A stretch of DNA of 64,000 nucleotides. Origin: an uncultured delta proteobacterium. Lineage in GTDB: Bacteria; Desulfobacterota; Binatia; UBA9968. The notes under the pieces were generated by a model. That model did not search any database. It worked only from the letters and a program-made list of their open reading frames with translations, and was not told where the DNA came from. The translations under genes and the position numbers were made by a program. Positions within the stretch are counted from its first letter, which is position 1. Every line of letters starts with the position of its first letter. Location: positions 160,001 through 224,000 of the forward strand of contig CAVTUQ010000028.1 of assembly GCA_963737905.1 (NCBI GenBank). Reading direction: 5' to 3'. Shown here piece after piece: positions 11,083-25,323 of this stretch.

Positions 11083-12905
11083 CTATACGCTAGTTTTCTC
11101 TACAAGAAAACTCCCGATGGCCAGCACATCCATCTTCGTTCGTTTGAAACAGTCAATCGCCTCTTCCGGCGTGCAAACGACCGGCTCGTTCTCATTGAAA
11201 GAGGTGTTAAGCAGGACCGGAACGCCGGTAAGATTTTCGAATTCTTTGATCAGTTTCCAGTAGCGCGGATTCCCATCACGGTCGACGGTTTGAAGCCTGC
11301 CCGTGCCGTCGACGTGAGTCGGTGCCGGAATCACGGAACGCTTCTCTTGCTTAACCTTATAGGCCATGAGCATGAACGGCGACGGATGGGTCTCTTCGAA
11401 ATAATCTCCGACGCGCTCAAGCAAGATCGACGGTGCGAAAGGACGAAACGGTTCGCGGTGTTTTATTCGGCTATTTAGCATGTCTTTCATCTCGGCCCGG
11501 CGCGGATCGACCACAATGCTCCGATTTCCCAAAGCACGAGGGCCAAATTCCATTCGTCCCTGAAACCACCCACGACTTTCCCCGTCGGCGATCTTCCGCG
11601 CCGTGGCCTTGACCAACTCTTCTTCACTCAATTCCGCTATCCGAAATCCGAAATCCGAAATGGTACGGATGACCGGTGACCAATGACCGACGACTTCTGG
11701 CTCCCTGCTTCCGGCTCCCTGCTCCGTGCTCCCCGCTCCCATCCCCTCACGCCTCACCCCTAACGCCTCACGAATTTGGCTATCGCCAAATTCCGGCCCC
11801 CAATACGTATGCTTCATCTCGAACGAGCGCGGTTGTCCCAGAATTTGATTCCACACATAAAAAGCTCCGCCGATAGCGAGCCCTGCGTCGCCGGCCGCGG
11901 ACTGGATATAGACTTTCTCAAACGGTGTCTTGGCAAGAATTTTCCCGTTGGCGACGCAGTTGTAAGCCACACCGCCGGCGAGGCAGAGTTTTTTTATGCC
12001 GTAGAGTTTGTAAAGTCTGTCGAGCATGGCGAGCATGGCATCTTCGAGCCGGACCTGCAGCGACGCGGCGATATTCTGATGCCGCTTTTCGACAGGCGCT
12101 CCTGCCGCCCTTTCGGGTCCTAGTTGTCTCGTGAGGAAATCTCCATAGAGCTTGCCGATCTTCGGCTCACCGTCCCGCCAGGTCATTTCCGGAGCCGATT
12201 TGTGATGGATGAAGTGATCCAACCCGAGTGAAAATCCGACATTGCCATTGATTTTAACGATCTCGTCGAAGCGGTCGCGATATTCCGGCTGCCCATAGGA
12301 GGCCAGACCCATGACCTTGTACTCATCGCCGTAGTTCCAAAAACCTAAATATTGAGTCAGCGCTGTGTAGTAGATGCCGAGTGAATGCGGGAATGCAATC
12401 GACCCTCGATCCTCTGATTTCCCTGCCCCAAACCCCACATCGTGCTGGCAAAGTCGCCCAATCCGTCGATCGACAACAAAGCCGCTTCCTCGAAAGGCGA
12501 AACAAAAAACGAACTCGCCAGATGGGCTTTGTGATGCTCCACCCGATGGATTTGCGCCTTGATCTCCTCACGCCTCACTCCTAACGCCTCACCCAATTCT
12601 TCCTGAATGCCAAAAAACTTCGCCTGCGCGCCAAGACGATTGAGCCCCAAGCGCGGTATTTTTACCGCATAAAGCGCCTTCCTCCAAATTCGCGCTCGCG
12701 GATCGCGCGCCACCGCCACGTGTTCAATGTCCTTAGCTTCCAAACCCGCTATCTTCAGGCAGGCTCGAATAGCGTTGGCCGGGAAACCCGCCGCGTGCTT
12801 TATGCGGATAAAGCGCTCCTCTTCCGCCGCCGCGACGAGCTGCCCGTCTATGATCAGTGCTGCGCTGGCGTCACCGTGGTAAGCGTTGATGCCGAGAATA
12901 ACCAT
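11083..12905 (-). CDS. Carbamoyltransferase (NodU/CmcH family), one frameshift near 12400-12440
   Basis: N-part ILGINAYHGDASAAL...AAAEEERF, EHHKAH, DGLGD; C-part DEYKVMGLASYG, AGGVAYNC, GDAG, EFGPRALGNRS, REPFRPFAP, LLNTSFN. Confidence 0.9.
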
Positions 12906-12909
12906 GAGT

Positions 12910-13607
12910 AATTTCGAAATGCGGATTTAGAATGCGGATTTATAAAGCAAACATACCTATGAATAATTTGGATGCGGAGGAGGTATCGGCTCTCGAGGAC
13001 AGATTGAAAAATCTAAAATACTACAAGCTGTTGCGGTCGAATCAGAAATTCGACATACGAAATCCGAAATTCGAAATTGCCCTCAGACGCCTTCGGCTTA
13101 TTCGCTCGCGTCGATCTTCCTATAGCGATGAAGATTGACAGGAGTTCACCAGCTTCCTTCAGTAAAGTCGTCCGGGCTTCAGTAATACCAAGGGAGACCT
13201 CCTCCATTACTTCTAGCGAGTACTGGGTTTCTGCAATTTCCTTTTCGACGATCCCGATCTTGTGAACAAAATCCGCGCGAAATTGCGCGCGATTAGCTTC
13301 GCGATAGTTCGCCCCGACTGATGTTCCTGATTTCAGTAATTGATAGCACAAAACGTACGAAGTTTTCTTCTTCGGTAGCTCTTCCACGAAAAGGATAACG
13401 CTGACGGCGAACTTTTTCGTCCGTCGCTCAAGCTCATGCTTGTCCATGAAAGTACATTTCGGATTTCGGAATTGTTCTGAGTCGGGGTTAGGAAATCGAG
13501 AAGCGACCAGAAAATCGAAAACATTTAGGAGCATCCTCAACACTTTGTAAACAAGTAACCGGGCGAGTCCGGACAAATTCGAAATCCGCAATCCGAAATC
13601 CGCAATT
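12910..13607. mobile_element. Four-helix-bundle cassette copy 2
   Basis: Highly similar to 5652..6374 including flanks and heptamer arms. Confidence 0.6.
13013..13447 (-). CDS. Four helix bundle protein copy 2 (1-nt indel at stop extends C-terminus into repeats)
   Basis: MDKHELERRTKKFA... differs from 5851..6216 at only a handful of residues before the tail. Confidence 0.88.
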   Translation of the reverse strand: MDKHELERRTKKFAVSVILFVEELPKKKTSYVLCYQLLKSGTSVGANYREANRAQFRADFVHKIGIVEKEIAETQYSLEVMEEVSLGITEARTTLLKEAGELLSIFIAIGRSTRANKPKASEGNFEFRISYVEFLIRPQQLVVF

Positions 13608-13683
13608 GAGTTTGCTCTTTGCTCTCTCTTGCTCCAAGCTCCCAGCTCCTTGCTCGTTGCTTTATTTCCCTTACCCCTAACGC

Positions 13684-16600
13684 CTAACCCTCCAAATACA
13701 GCGCTTTAAAATCGTGTCTGGGGATTGACATGCGTATTTTTCCGGCTGCAATACTGATATCTTGTTTCGACTCTGCATCCGTAATCGTGGTCTTTGCGGG
13801 ATTTAGACCCAACCCAGAAATATCTACTTTAACATCTCCCGTATAATCTTCGCCTATATTCGTAAGAAAAATCAGGGCTGAGTTTGTACGCGTATAATAG
13901 CTGACTTTAACACTCGAATTATCAGGTTGAACGGCGGTCTGTTCCCAAAACCCCCTAAAATTCACATCTGCGGCGGTAATGCCGAAATTTTTTTTTATCG
14001 TCGCAAACCATGGCGCAGGGTCAATAGGTAAAACGTCATGAATTGCCAATACGCCATACATTGCGCGAAGCGCTTTTGTATACTCGGCCCGCAGATTGTA
14101 GAATTTAATATAATTCAAAAAGACCGGGGTAAGCCCAAATTTTTGGCTTCGAGATAACCCCCGAAGCCACTCTGAACCAAGCTTCCCATTGCCCCAAAGA
14201 TCGATCCAGTCAGGATCGGTGGGTTTGTGAACATGAAAGCCTCACCGTCGCTTGCGACATCAGCAAAAGCAAAAGCATGGGGATACATCTTTGCAGTTGT
14301 ATGAAGCCAAATGACCGGCCGCTTGCCATTGTCCAACATCACCTGTCGGAGACGTTTCAATTTTTCCCTCATGCCAAGCAGCATGTACCCAGCTCCATGG
14401 GTTCCATCCTCTTTTATGTAACCGCCGCTCAACAGCGAGGCGCTCGTAAACGGTTCAGGCTCGTCAATGTACAGGCCGTCGTAGGTATTGGTCGAGAGCG
14501 CGTTGTTTATATGGTATAGCCAATAGTCGGCATCGCCTTTAGTGGGCGCAGAGATCCAGCCGTCACTAGCTGTTTCCGTTTTGATTGGATCCAGATCGAC
14601 CTAGGTATGACCGCCCGCCCCAATTGTCACATGGAAATTCGTAAAAGGCACAACCTTCCGCTTCTGATCTCTTAAACCCTGGATTGCCGTTTTGTACAGA
14701 TTATTATCACGAGGCACTAATGAAAAAATTGGAAAGTTTGCATTGGATCTTCCTCCAGATGAATGACCCCGCCAATCCCAATATACGTCGAAATCATTAT
14801 TCGGGAATACAGAAGTGCCGCCGGCTGCCCCGAACCGCCCGCCTCGCCAATCTGCCGGCAGTGGCTTTACAGGGGTCGCCTCATAACCCAAAACTTATTT
14901 CTATGGGTTCGTTCAATACAAAATCCTTGTTGACAAGAATATTTTGCAGCCGCACGTTCCCGTTGCCATCGCGAATCATCTCCTGCATGGGAAGCGATTC
15001 GTCCACACGCCAGCCGCTGGGATTTTCCGCAAACCATTCAAGCCCGCGATCGTCGTCAGAGAAAAGCACAACCGGCAAGAATTTGGACTTCTGTGGTCGT
15101 TGCTTAAGATTAGTATGAAACGTTCCAGGCGTGCTGGGCACGGCGGATTTATATGGATACCACCAATACGGTTGATCGGTTGTGGTGTGCATAAAAAGTG
15201 CCCGGCTTGAAGGCAGCACTGTCTGTAAACGCACGCTTTTAATAGTTACCGGACCAGCTGTGGAGAAAGTTTTAGCGCGATAAGCATCATGCCGTCATAC
15301 TCTAAGCTTCCGCTTACCCTGGCGGTTATTCCCTGACCCTCCGCAGTACCCTCCCAGTTGACTATATCTGGTTGGATCGACGTAATTGACAGTGATGATG
15401 GCTTCAGTTCGAACGTTCCGCTGCCTTTATCAATTTCCAACGCAACCGGGCTTGCCAAGAGGTGCTGACCCTGCGAGGTGATTTGGCTCGGCAAACCAAA
15501 ACCACCGGTAAGATCATACTCTCTTCCCCATACGCTGAGTTTTAAACCATTCGCCGCTATGGCGGTCCATGGGGGTTGTATCTTCGTGCTTACACCTAAC
15601 GAATTTCCAAGCCATGAGGTTTTTGGCAATACAAAGGATGAAGAATTCTTAAACGCAAGCACCGAGTTTCTACGATCAAGAAGTTTAACCGTGGCATAAT
15701 AAGAACCTGGAGTCATATTGCCAATGGAGATGAGCGACTCGCCAAATCCGCGACGAAGTTGCGTGATATCTCCGGACTTAATCAACTTACCATCACTATA
15801 AACATCCACTGTGTATTTGACTCCGGCCACTTCAAAATCATTTCCAGAATCTGCAGCGATACTTAACTTTCCTATCCCTGGGCCCCATTGGGCGGTAACA
15901 TCGATTCCGTGTGGATCAATGGGCGTGAGAGGGTTTGATGTCGTTGCCGTAAATGCTGCGGCAACTTCAGTCGGGGTGAATGCAAAATTGTAGCTGCCGA
16001 ATTCATCAATCGTAACGTCTTGAAAACCACCAAACGAAGGACCAATACTGAAAGTGGGCAAAGCCACAGAAGGCATCGGACTGACGAAAATTTTGTCTTG
16101 TTTCAGGGCTCCATCAAGGTAGACTTTGTGATTGATTCCCTGCCAGGTCCAGACCACGTGGTGCCACTCTCCTGGTTTAAACGAAAATCCGCCAGTGCCT
16201 ATCTTCTCTTCAATTGAAGGAACTAGTTTCATGTTGAAGATAATCTCGCCGGGAAGCGTAACCGTGGAGTTTTTTTGGTCGGGCCTATCCGGTAAAAAAT
16301 TGGCCTCTACGTGCGGTGGACCTGGATATATGTAGAAAAGCTGCGGCAGTCCAACGGTGCTCAGATTATTGAGTTTAATCCAGAATGCTATGCTCCCCCG
16401 GCGAGTATCGAGACGTTCTATATCGCTCCTAAGCTGGCTACCCGTTTTATCTTTTCGAATGAATATGCCCTCGCCAATTTTCCCGTTTGGGTCAAACGTA
16501 ACCCGTTGAACCTGTAGTTTGGAGTCACTTGACACCCGGCCATCGTTAAAACCCGCAAAAAGCAATGCACGTGGTGTCGGATGTGCAGCACAAGCTATAT

Positions 16601-16685
16601 TTCCATACACCGCAAATATCGAAGTTATCGAGATCAAGGCAAATAGTAATATTGTCGCACATGCTCTGAGTCTATTGCTCGCCAT
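13684..16685 (-). CDS. Large secreted LamG-like + putative glycoside-hydrolase-like (DUF6067-type) protein, split by several frameshifts
   Basis: Signal peptide; GSIAFWIK/GEWHHVVWTW/KVYLDG LamG motifs; PPWT...VWGREY...GLPSQI, EYDGM, DRGLEWFAE; consecutive fragments 15246-16739, 14881-15234, 14601-14891, 14115-14432, 13684-14118. Confidence 0.6.
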
Positions 16686-16759
16686 GATCGATACCGAGCT
16701 CTTTACGTCAGCGGCCAGAATCAGGCAGCATGGAGCCACGCTTTGCTCTTGGCACTTAG

Positions 16760-17620
16760 CTACCCCCGCTCCGTGCTATCCTTGTTCCCGACTTCGACTT
16801 CTGATGTTCGCCTTTCGCTCCTTGCTCCGTGCTCCATGCTCCTCGCTTCCTTGTCTGCAAAGTCTTCCTCAATCAGATAGAGCGCCAGCAGGATCTCCGC
16901 CAACATCCTTTGGAACGCGTAGTAAACACCAGCCCAGCCGTCGCGTATCGCGCCTTTGACGAATAGGCAGTAAAAGAAAATTACAAACGGAAAAAGAACT
17001 CGTGTTTTTCTCAGGCGATCGGGGAAACTCGGATCTACTTTTTTGGAACCACGTAGATGCACGATCTCCAGTCGCATGTAACGATCCTGCGATTTCAACC
17101 AGTGCGTCAATGGCTTTCGGTCATCATGCAGAATCGGCGAACGCAGTTCTCTCACTTCACCGTCAATCGCAACTCGTTGTGTGTGACCGTCCTGCTGGTA
17201 AATGGCATGCTCGCGGCGATAAAGCACGGTGACCGGTGGATATGCCGACCCACGCAGCGGCTTGCCGTGCACACAATACAAGAATCTAGCTTGATAGCCG
17301 TTAATTCCCGTTGGTGGTTTCAGGGCTTTCAACTCCTCGACCAAATCGGGGGTAAGGACATAGTCCGCGTCGATAGCGAGCACCCACTCGGAAGTAATGC
17401 CCGTTTCTTCAAAGCAAAATTCCATTGATTTTGATGGCGATCGAATCGCCGCTGAAACACGCGTACTTGCGGGATCTGCGAAGCAATCACTAATGTCGCA
17501 TCGTCGCTGAAGCTGTCGAGCAGCACGATATCACGGGCCCAACTCAGCGCGTGGAGACTGCGCCGGATGTTCGGCACTTCGTTGTAGGTCAGGACGATTG
17601 GAGTGATCTGATCGAGCAGC
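16760..17620 (-). CDS. Glycosyltransferase family 2 (LPS beta-glucosyltransferase-like), frameshifted near 17425
   Basis: ITPIVLTYNE.PNI...LDSFSDD; EWVLAIDADY; start approximate. Confidence 0.8.
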
Positions 17621-17669
17621 GTTTCACCAAGAATTTTTACTGTATGAGACGGCCGGCGTTATTTTTACT

Positions 17670-18842
17670 CTATTCCATTCGTCCGAGTCTCAAGCCGCCA
17701 TATAGCGCTTTAAGTTGCTTCGCGACCGCTGGCCACGTGTACCGAGAGCGCACGAGCCTTTCTCCCGCCGCGCCTCTGGCGCGGCGCTCACCTGTATCCC
17801 GCAGCGCTTCCGTCAATCCCCGTTGCAAAGAATCACCTTCCAAATTCACCACCCAACCAGCCCCTGCCGCCTGGATTTCGTCTGACAGATTGACCCGAGT
17901 ACTGACCAGTACCGGTACACCGCAGGCCAAAGCCTCTACGACCGACAAACCGAAGTTTTCTTGAAACGATGGCAACACAACCAGATCCGCTCCACGTAAC
18001 GCCGCCGCTTTTCGCGCTCCATCTAACCAACCGGCAAAGATGACATTGTCACCGCATTTTTCAAATGCTAACCGTTTCAGCTTTTCGATATAATCGCGCT
18101 CGCCGTTACCAGCAATGACCAGCTTCCACCCTTTTTGCTCCTCCTTGTTTTGTCACGGCCGAAAAGACTTCCAGTAAGGACTCGATGTTCTTTTTATGAT
18201 GGACGCGAGAGAGCAGTAAAACGTAAGGCGAATTTGCCAATTTCGGAAAAAGCTCTCGAAAATTCTCAGCTGACCCTCTGAGTAATTCCTGATTGACACC
18301 GAGCGGGATAACAACGCCGGAATTAATCCCTAGCCCGTCTTCAGCTAGCTGCTTCTCAGCCGCCGTCGTGTAATGGATGGCGCGCGCGCCATCGAGCATT
18401 TGATTCACGCCCATTCGGAACAAAATCTTCTTGGCGAAGCGTTTTTGGCTTAAGCTCCAAGGATCTAGAGAGCCCAAAGGCCGGACAATGTATGGAACGT
18501 TTTTGTTTTCGCATGCGCGTGCCGCCGCGAGACTAGAATGCGAGAAAACGGCGTGAATATGGACAACATCAAAGTCTTCCACGTTTTTGTCCAGCCAACG
18601 GGCTAGAAGATGCGAATATTTGAATGCCTCGCTCAATTGACGGGGAAAGAAGATGGTCGGAACACCTTCATAGACAACGGGCCTCCCACACTCCACTGCC
18701 AAGCGAGCCTCACCATCAGCATCGGTCGTGGCGATCAAAACTTCCACTTCTTCAGACCGAAGTGCCTGGCACATTTGGATGACGGCTTGGCTCGGCCCGC
18801 CGTATCGTGGCGCAACCGCGGGATAACGTGGAGAACCTTCAT
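17670..18842 (-). CDS. Glycosyltransferase family 4, several frameshifts
   Basis: MKVLHVIP..PRYGGPS, DVVHIHAVFS, SRVHHKKN, PSFQENFGLSVVEALACGVPV. Confidence 0.82.
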
Positions 18843-19002
18843 GACAATAACCAGAGGTCAGATGATCAGAGATCGAGCAGTCAGAGCCGGGAGCGTATGA
18901 GCAAAGAGCTAAGAGCAAAGCGCAAAGCGCTTTGCTCTTTTGCTCCAAGCTCCCTCCTCCTTGCCATTTACGCCTTACACTTCACTCCTTACGCGCTAAC
19001 CG

Positions 19003-21157
<2,155 letters not shown>

Positions 21158-21323
21158 GCTTTAGCCCTGTTCTGACAATAAAACATCCATAAAACTGGGA
21201 AAAAAACTTTCTTAAAAAATCCTTAATCGAAAAAAAACATCAAAACCAGGTAAAAATTGGACAGACCAAATTCAACCCTGGTTCCCCAGGAAAAAAATCT
21301 TAAAATGTCCCAAAAGGGTTAGC

Positions 21324-22407
21324 TCACGACTGCCAGTTTACGACAGCGTCATGCGCTGCGCGCGTGAAACGATCTGCACCATGTTTGAGAGTGTGTTTAC
21401 TTACGCTTTGTCGCGCGCGACCGGACATTTCTGCGAGTTTTGCAGACGGTAACAAGGCCGCTTCATGCAGTGCACTGAAAAGCATGTCTTCGTCGTTTGC
21501 CGGGATAAGCCAGCCATTACGACCGGTTTCGATGAACTCAATGGCCGATCCCATACGGTCGGTGCCGATAACCGGCAGCCCGGCAGCGAGCCCCTCGGGC
21601 ACAACCAATCCCCAGCCGTCGTAACGGGAGGGTACACTGAGTATGTCAGCTCCATCGTAGCAATTTGGGAGTTCTGCCCAGTCCTTGAAGCCGAGGAATT
21701 CCACTCGATCGCTAACGGGCTGAAGCGTCCGCATCAGCGCGCGGCACAATTCGCCGTCACCCAAGAGCTGGAGGCGCACATTAGAAATTTCGCGAGCGAG
21801 GCGGGCAAATACCCGCCCGAGCAAGTCCACCCCTTTGCGAGGAATTAGTGAACCGGAGAACAAAAACACCCTTTCAGAGATTTCACGTTTACGGAGTTCA
21901 CCAACCGATTGAAAGCGTTCCAGGTCGGAAAAATATGGCAGATTGCAGTAGGTACGGCTCGTACCGAACTCCTCTTGATAGCGGTCCACAGCAAATTTTC
22001 CGATGCCCCAGATCGGCGCCTGCGAAGCGTGAAGCCATGAAAGAGAACACCGCCGTCGCAGCCGGCCCATCCATTCCGGTTTACGGAATCCAGGGCGCTC
22101 TCCCCAGAAACACCAAGCTTTTCCGCTCATCGCCCGTGCATTGAGGAGCTCCTGTGGCAATCGTTCTGAGTAGTAGTTGAAAACCGCGAGGTCGGCGTCC
22201 AGGACGTTCGCCAGCGCCTCCTCGAATCGGCCAGGTTGCTCGTCGAGACACAGGGCCTGGTGGGAAAGCGACGGGGTCGTCCAACGACGGGCGGGCCATC
22301 TGGTGAAGATAAACGACCTCCAAATCAAGCCCGCCCAAAGCTGCGACAGCGTTGAAAAGCTCAGCTTGGTAGGGAGAAACGAAGTGAGTACCGACAACTA
22401 CCCGCAT
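21324..22407 (-). CDS. Glycosyltransferase family 4 (N-terminal frameshift)
   Basis: SPYQAELFN; FLFSGSLIPRKG; PSRYDGWGLVVPEGLAAGLPVI. Confidence 0.82.
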
Positions 22408-22433
22408 AGTTCTACAAAAGGATCTCTGTCTAC

Positions 22434-23366
22434 TCACGGCCGGGCTTCACAGTCGAGATCAGGAAGGAGCCTTGGCGCAGGTTGTTCAACACGAAACGGC
22501 AAATGGCGTTAGGCGTGGCGCCCATAAGGGCGTCTTTGAGGGACCCCGGGGGGAGCGGGAAAAGCTCAGACTTCTGTCCCCATTATGCGCAGGTCTTCGA
22601 GGACAAAATGTTTCTCAACGAGTGAGCGCCACTCGCGCGTAGTATAGATGCGCGCTATCGCGCCGTCGGTGTGGAATTGAACAGAGCTTGTGGAGCGAGC
22701 CAACTTTTAACAATCCGCCGCCAATCACCCCGCGGAAAAAACCATTAAAGATGTAGTAGTAGAAGAAGCTGCGATGATAGACCATGATTACGCTCCGGCC
22801 GCCCGGGCGTAACACGCGCCGCATTTCGCGGAGAATCTCGCTCTGTGTTCGACGAGTGATGGATGACGCCCCATGTCCAGATGAAGTCGAACGATGCGTC
22901 GGGAAAATCCAGTTTTTCAGCGTCCATTTGCTGAACGCTGCCCCTTGATACCGAACAGCTGAAACCTCCGCCGCGTGCTCTGCACCGAGTAGGAGGTGAG
23001 GTCGATCCCGGTATAGCTGCGGCAGTGCGGAGCAACGAGCTGCGCGTGGCTGCCATTTCCAACCCCAATCTCCAAAACATCCCATTCTGACAGTTGCTCA
23101 AAGGGAATTAGCTCGTCAAACGGACGGAGCCGGGGCGGCATATAGCGTGCTGCGTCGAAAAAGTGGCGTCGGTCAATCTCTGCGAAAAACTCAAACGAAA
23201 ACTCCGGTGGCGAAATACGATCACGCCAGGTAGAGTCATAACGCATAGGATTGGATTCCCACGAGCGGTTACGTTCTTGCCATTCGGACTGTTGTGTGAT
23301 CATCGGCTGAGCGATAGGGTAGTCAAATCCGTCTGGCAGTTTATTTTCCGTGTTCATGCTACCCAT
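22434..23366 (-). CDS. Class I SAM-dependent methyltransferase, frameshifted
   Basis: VLEIGVGNG, GIDL, MDAEKLDFPDASFDFIWTWGVIHH, EMRRVLRPGG across three frames. Confidence 0.8.
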
Positions 23367-23500
23367 GTCCCTCTGCTAAAGTTGAATAGGAGCCCAACCT
23401 ACTCATTTCGAAGCTCACACGTGCGCTTCATTTCAATTGGAAAAACGACGTTCTGTGCGTGAGTACGGTAATTAGAGGCGATCTCCAGGGAAGGCGCCAA

Positions 23501-24931
23501 TCAAGAAACACTCCGGCCCGCAAAGTGGATATATAACCGCGAAAGCCCAATCCAGGCTAGCAAGGCATAATTGACCAGCACCAGTTCCAGCATGGATCGC
23601 ACCCCGCCAAAAAGTGACATCGTCAGAGTGGCATATATGATGACGGCGCTAAAGGTCGCGCGCTGCGTCAGCAGTTGGCTCGCCACACCTGACAGTCTGC
23701 CGTAAAACCAGCCGCCCAATGCGATCCCAATGAAACCGGCTGCCATATACAGTTCGCCGATTACCGAGGTAGACAATGAAACTCCTCTCGCCCCTGTTGC
23801 CGATGGTAAGTCAAAACCGGGATCTACCGGCTTGTCTGGCCAGAACACCCGTGGGATCGGCCGAACCAGCACATAGACGAAGTACTTGTAATAGGTATGC
23901 GGATAGTAATCCGGGATCAATTCAATGATTTGGCACAACCGATAAAAATTGTCATCAACGCGAAGGTGAGCCTGTTCTAAAATCGGTTCGTTCTTCTCGC
24001 TTTCAAAGAGCGCCGCCAGACCGACCCGCCGGTACTCCAGCATTACTTGCAAAGAAAGCAGAAGCGCCGCGACTGCCGCAGCGCCGATGAGCAGGTGCTT
24101 GGTCCGAAGACGCTGCTCGGTCAGCGCCCAGGTAATAAAGGCTATACCGAAGACGACACCGATCACACGGCGGCTTCCGCTCTGTGATAGAAAGACCATC
24201 ATGATGATGGCCATCGCGCCGCACAACAGAGTCCGAGCATTGCCCCAGCCGGCCCGACGGCCGACGATGACCGCAAGGGCTGGCAAGATATACCCAAAGT
24301 ATTGCAACTGATCTAAAAACGCATCCCATCCTCCTAGTTGCCCGCGCCCCCACGGCGCCGCCCAACGACCTTGGCCTACGTAATACCACATTTCGGCCAC
24401 GTCAAAGTTCGTCGGAATAGCGAACTTCAACATTCCCAGGATAAACGCGGCAACTGCTAACGAAAAAAATGCCTGAGTCGAAAACTCTTCTGACACGGAT
24501 CTGACAAGGGCGGCCGGCGCTCTCCACGGACGATAGGCAACGGCTACCCATGATGCGACGACAAACAAACCGATGGCAATGAATGCGCTTTTAATCTGTT
24601 CCGGCGAGATCCCCCGCATCGGGTAAACTCCTTGCAACAGGTCCAAAAGCAGCCAATAGATCGGAGCCAACGCCAACAAATATTCGGCACGCAAGAGCGA
24701 CTTCGGAGAGCGAATAGCTGCAGCCAATGGTGCCGCCGCCAGGCCAACGGCCATCAAGAGCGCCGAGAGGAACAAGGCTCCTTGTGGAGCTGGATCGTCC
24801 GGGATGAAACTGACCGCTAACAACGTACCCAAACCGGTCGCGACGATTCCCAGCTCCGCGTATTCTTGAGGTGCGGCGTGATCGGCAGCACTCTCAAGCG
24901 TGCCGGCGCCAGTGTAGACAGAGGACTGCAT
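23501..24931 (-). CDS. wzy: Putative polysaccharide polymerase (Wzy-like multi-TM protein)
   Basis: Roughly 10-12 hydrophobic segments, GSRR motif, IPRVFWPDKP, ST.IGELY...G; cluster context. Confidence 0.7.
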   Translation of the reverse strand: MQSSVYTGAGTLESAADHAAPQEYAELGIVATGLGTLLAVSFIPDDPAPQGALFLSALLMAVGLAAAPLAAAIRSPKSLLRAEYLLALAPIYWLLLDLLQGVYPMRGISPEQIKSAFIAIGLFVVASWVAVAYRPWRAPAALVRSVSEEFSTQAFFSLAVAAFILGMLKFAIPTNFDVAEMWYYVGQGRWAAPWGRGQLGGWDAFLDQLQYFGYILPALAVIVGRRAGWGNARTLLCGAMAIIMMVFLSQSGSRRVIGVVFGIAFITWALTEQRLRTKHLLIGAAAVAALLLSLQVMLEYRRVGLAALFESEKNEPILEQAHLRVDDNFYRLCQIIELIPDYYPHTYYKYFVYVLVRPIPRVFWPDKPVDPGFDLPSATGARGVSLSTSVIGELYMAAGFIGIALGGWFYGRLSGVASQLLTQRATFSAVIIYATLTMSLFGGVRSMLELVLVNYALLAWIGLSRLYIHFAGRSVS

Positions 24932-24958
24932 TGATCTACAAATTCAAAAGGGCGGAAG

Positions 24959-25177
24959 CTAAGGAGTCCACGCTAAATATCGTCGTTGAGGCCCGACCTT
25001 GCGGACATTTCGCGGAGGATACCAGGGTTTCGCAAAAACTTTCGTAACACAGTTGTGATCCCGTTGCCGGAGAGCTCGTCGCAGGATTACACCGTTCACG
25101 TTGTCACGCACTACATTGCCGCAAAACCTCGATGAAATAACTGGAAGTTTCCACGCCTGAGCCTCCAACTGCGTCAA
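24959..25177 (-). pseudogene. GT4 C-terminal fragment
   Basis: TQLEAQAWKLPVISS...VVRDNVNG with no N-terminal domain upstream. Confidence 0.6.
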
Positions 25178-25323
25178 TTAGCCAACTTCCCTTAACGGCT
25201 CGAGGAAGACGTCTCTACGCCAACGGTCAACTACGGTTCTGTCATCATAATAAGCGAATGAATAGGCTCGTATTCATTTTGGACGAAGCAAGCGACGATG
25301 AGTTGTAATCGCTTACACGCGGG

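Noticed and set aside
21180-21320. A-rich tract as a regulatory or bent-DNA element
   Set aside because: Irregular homopolymer runs in a frameshift-rich zone look like low-quality read sequence.
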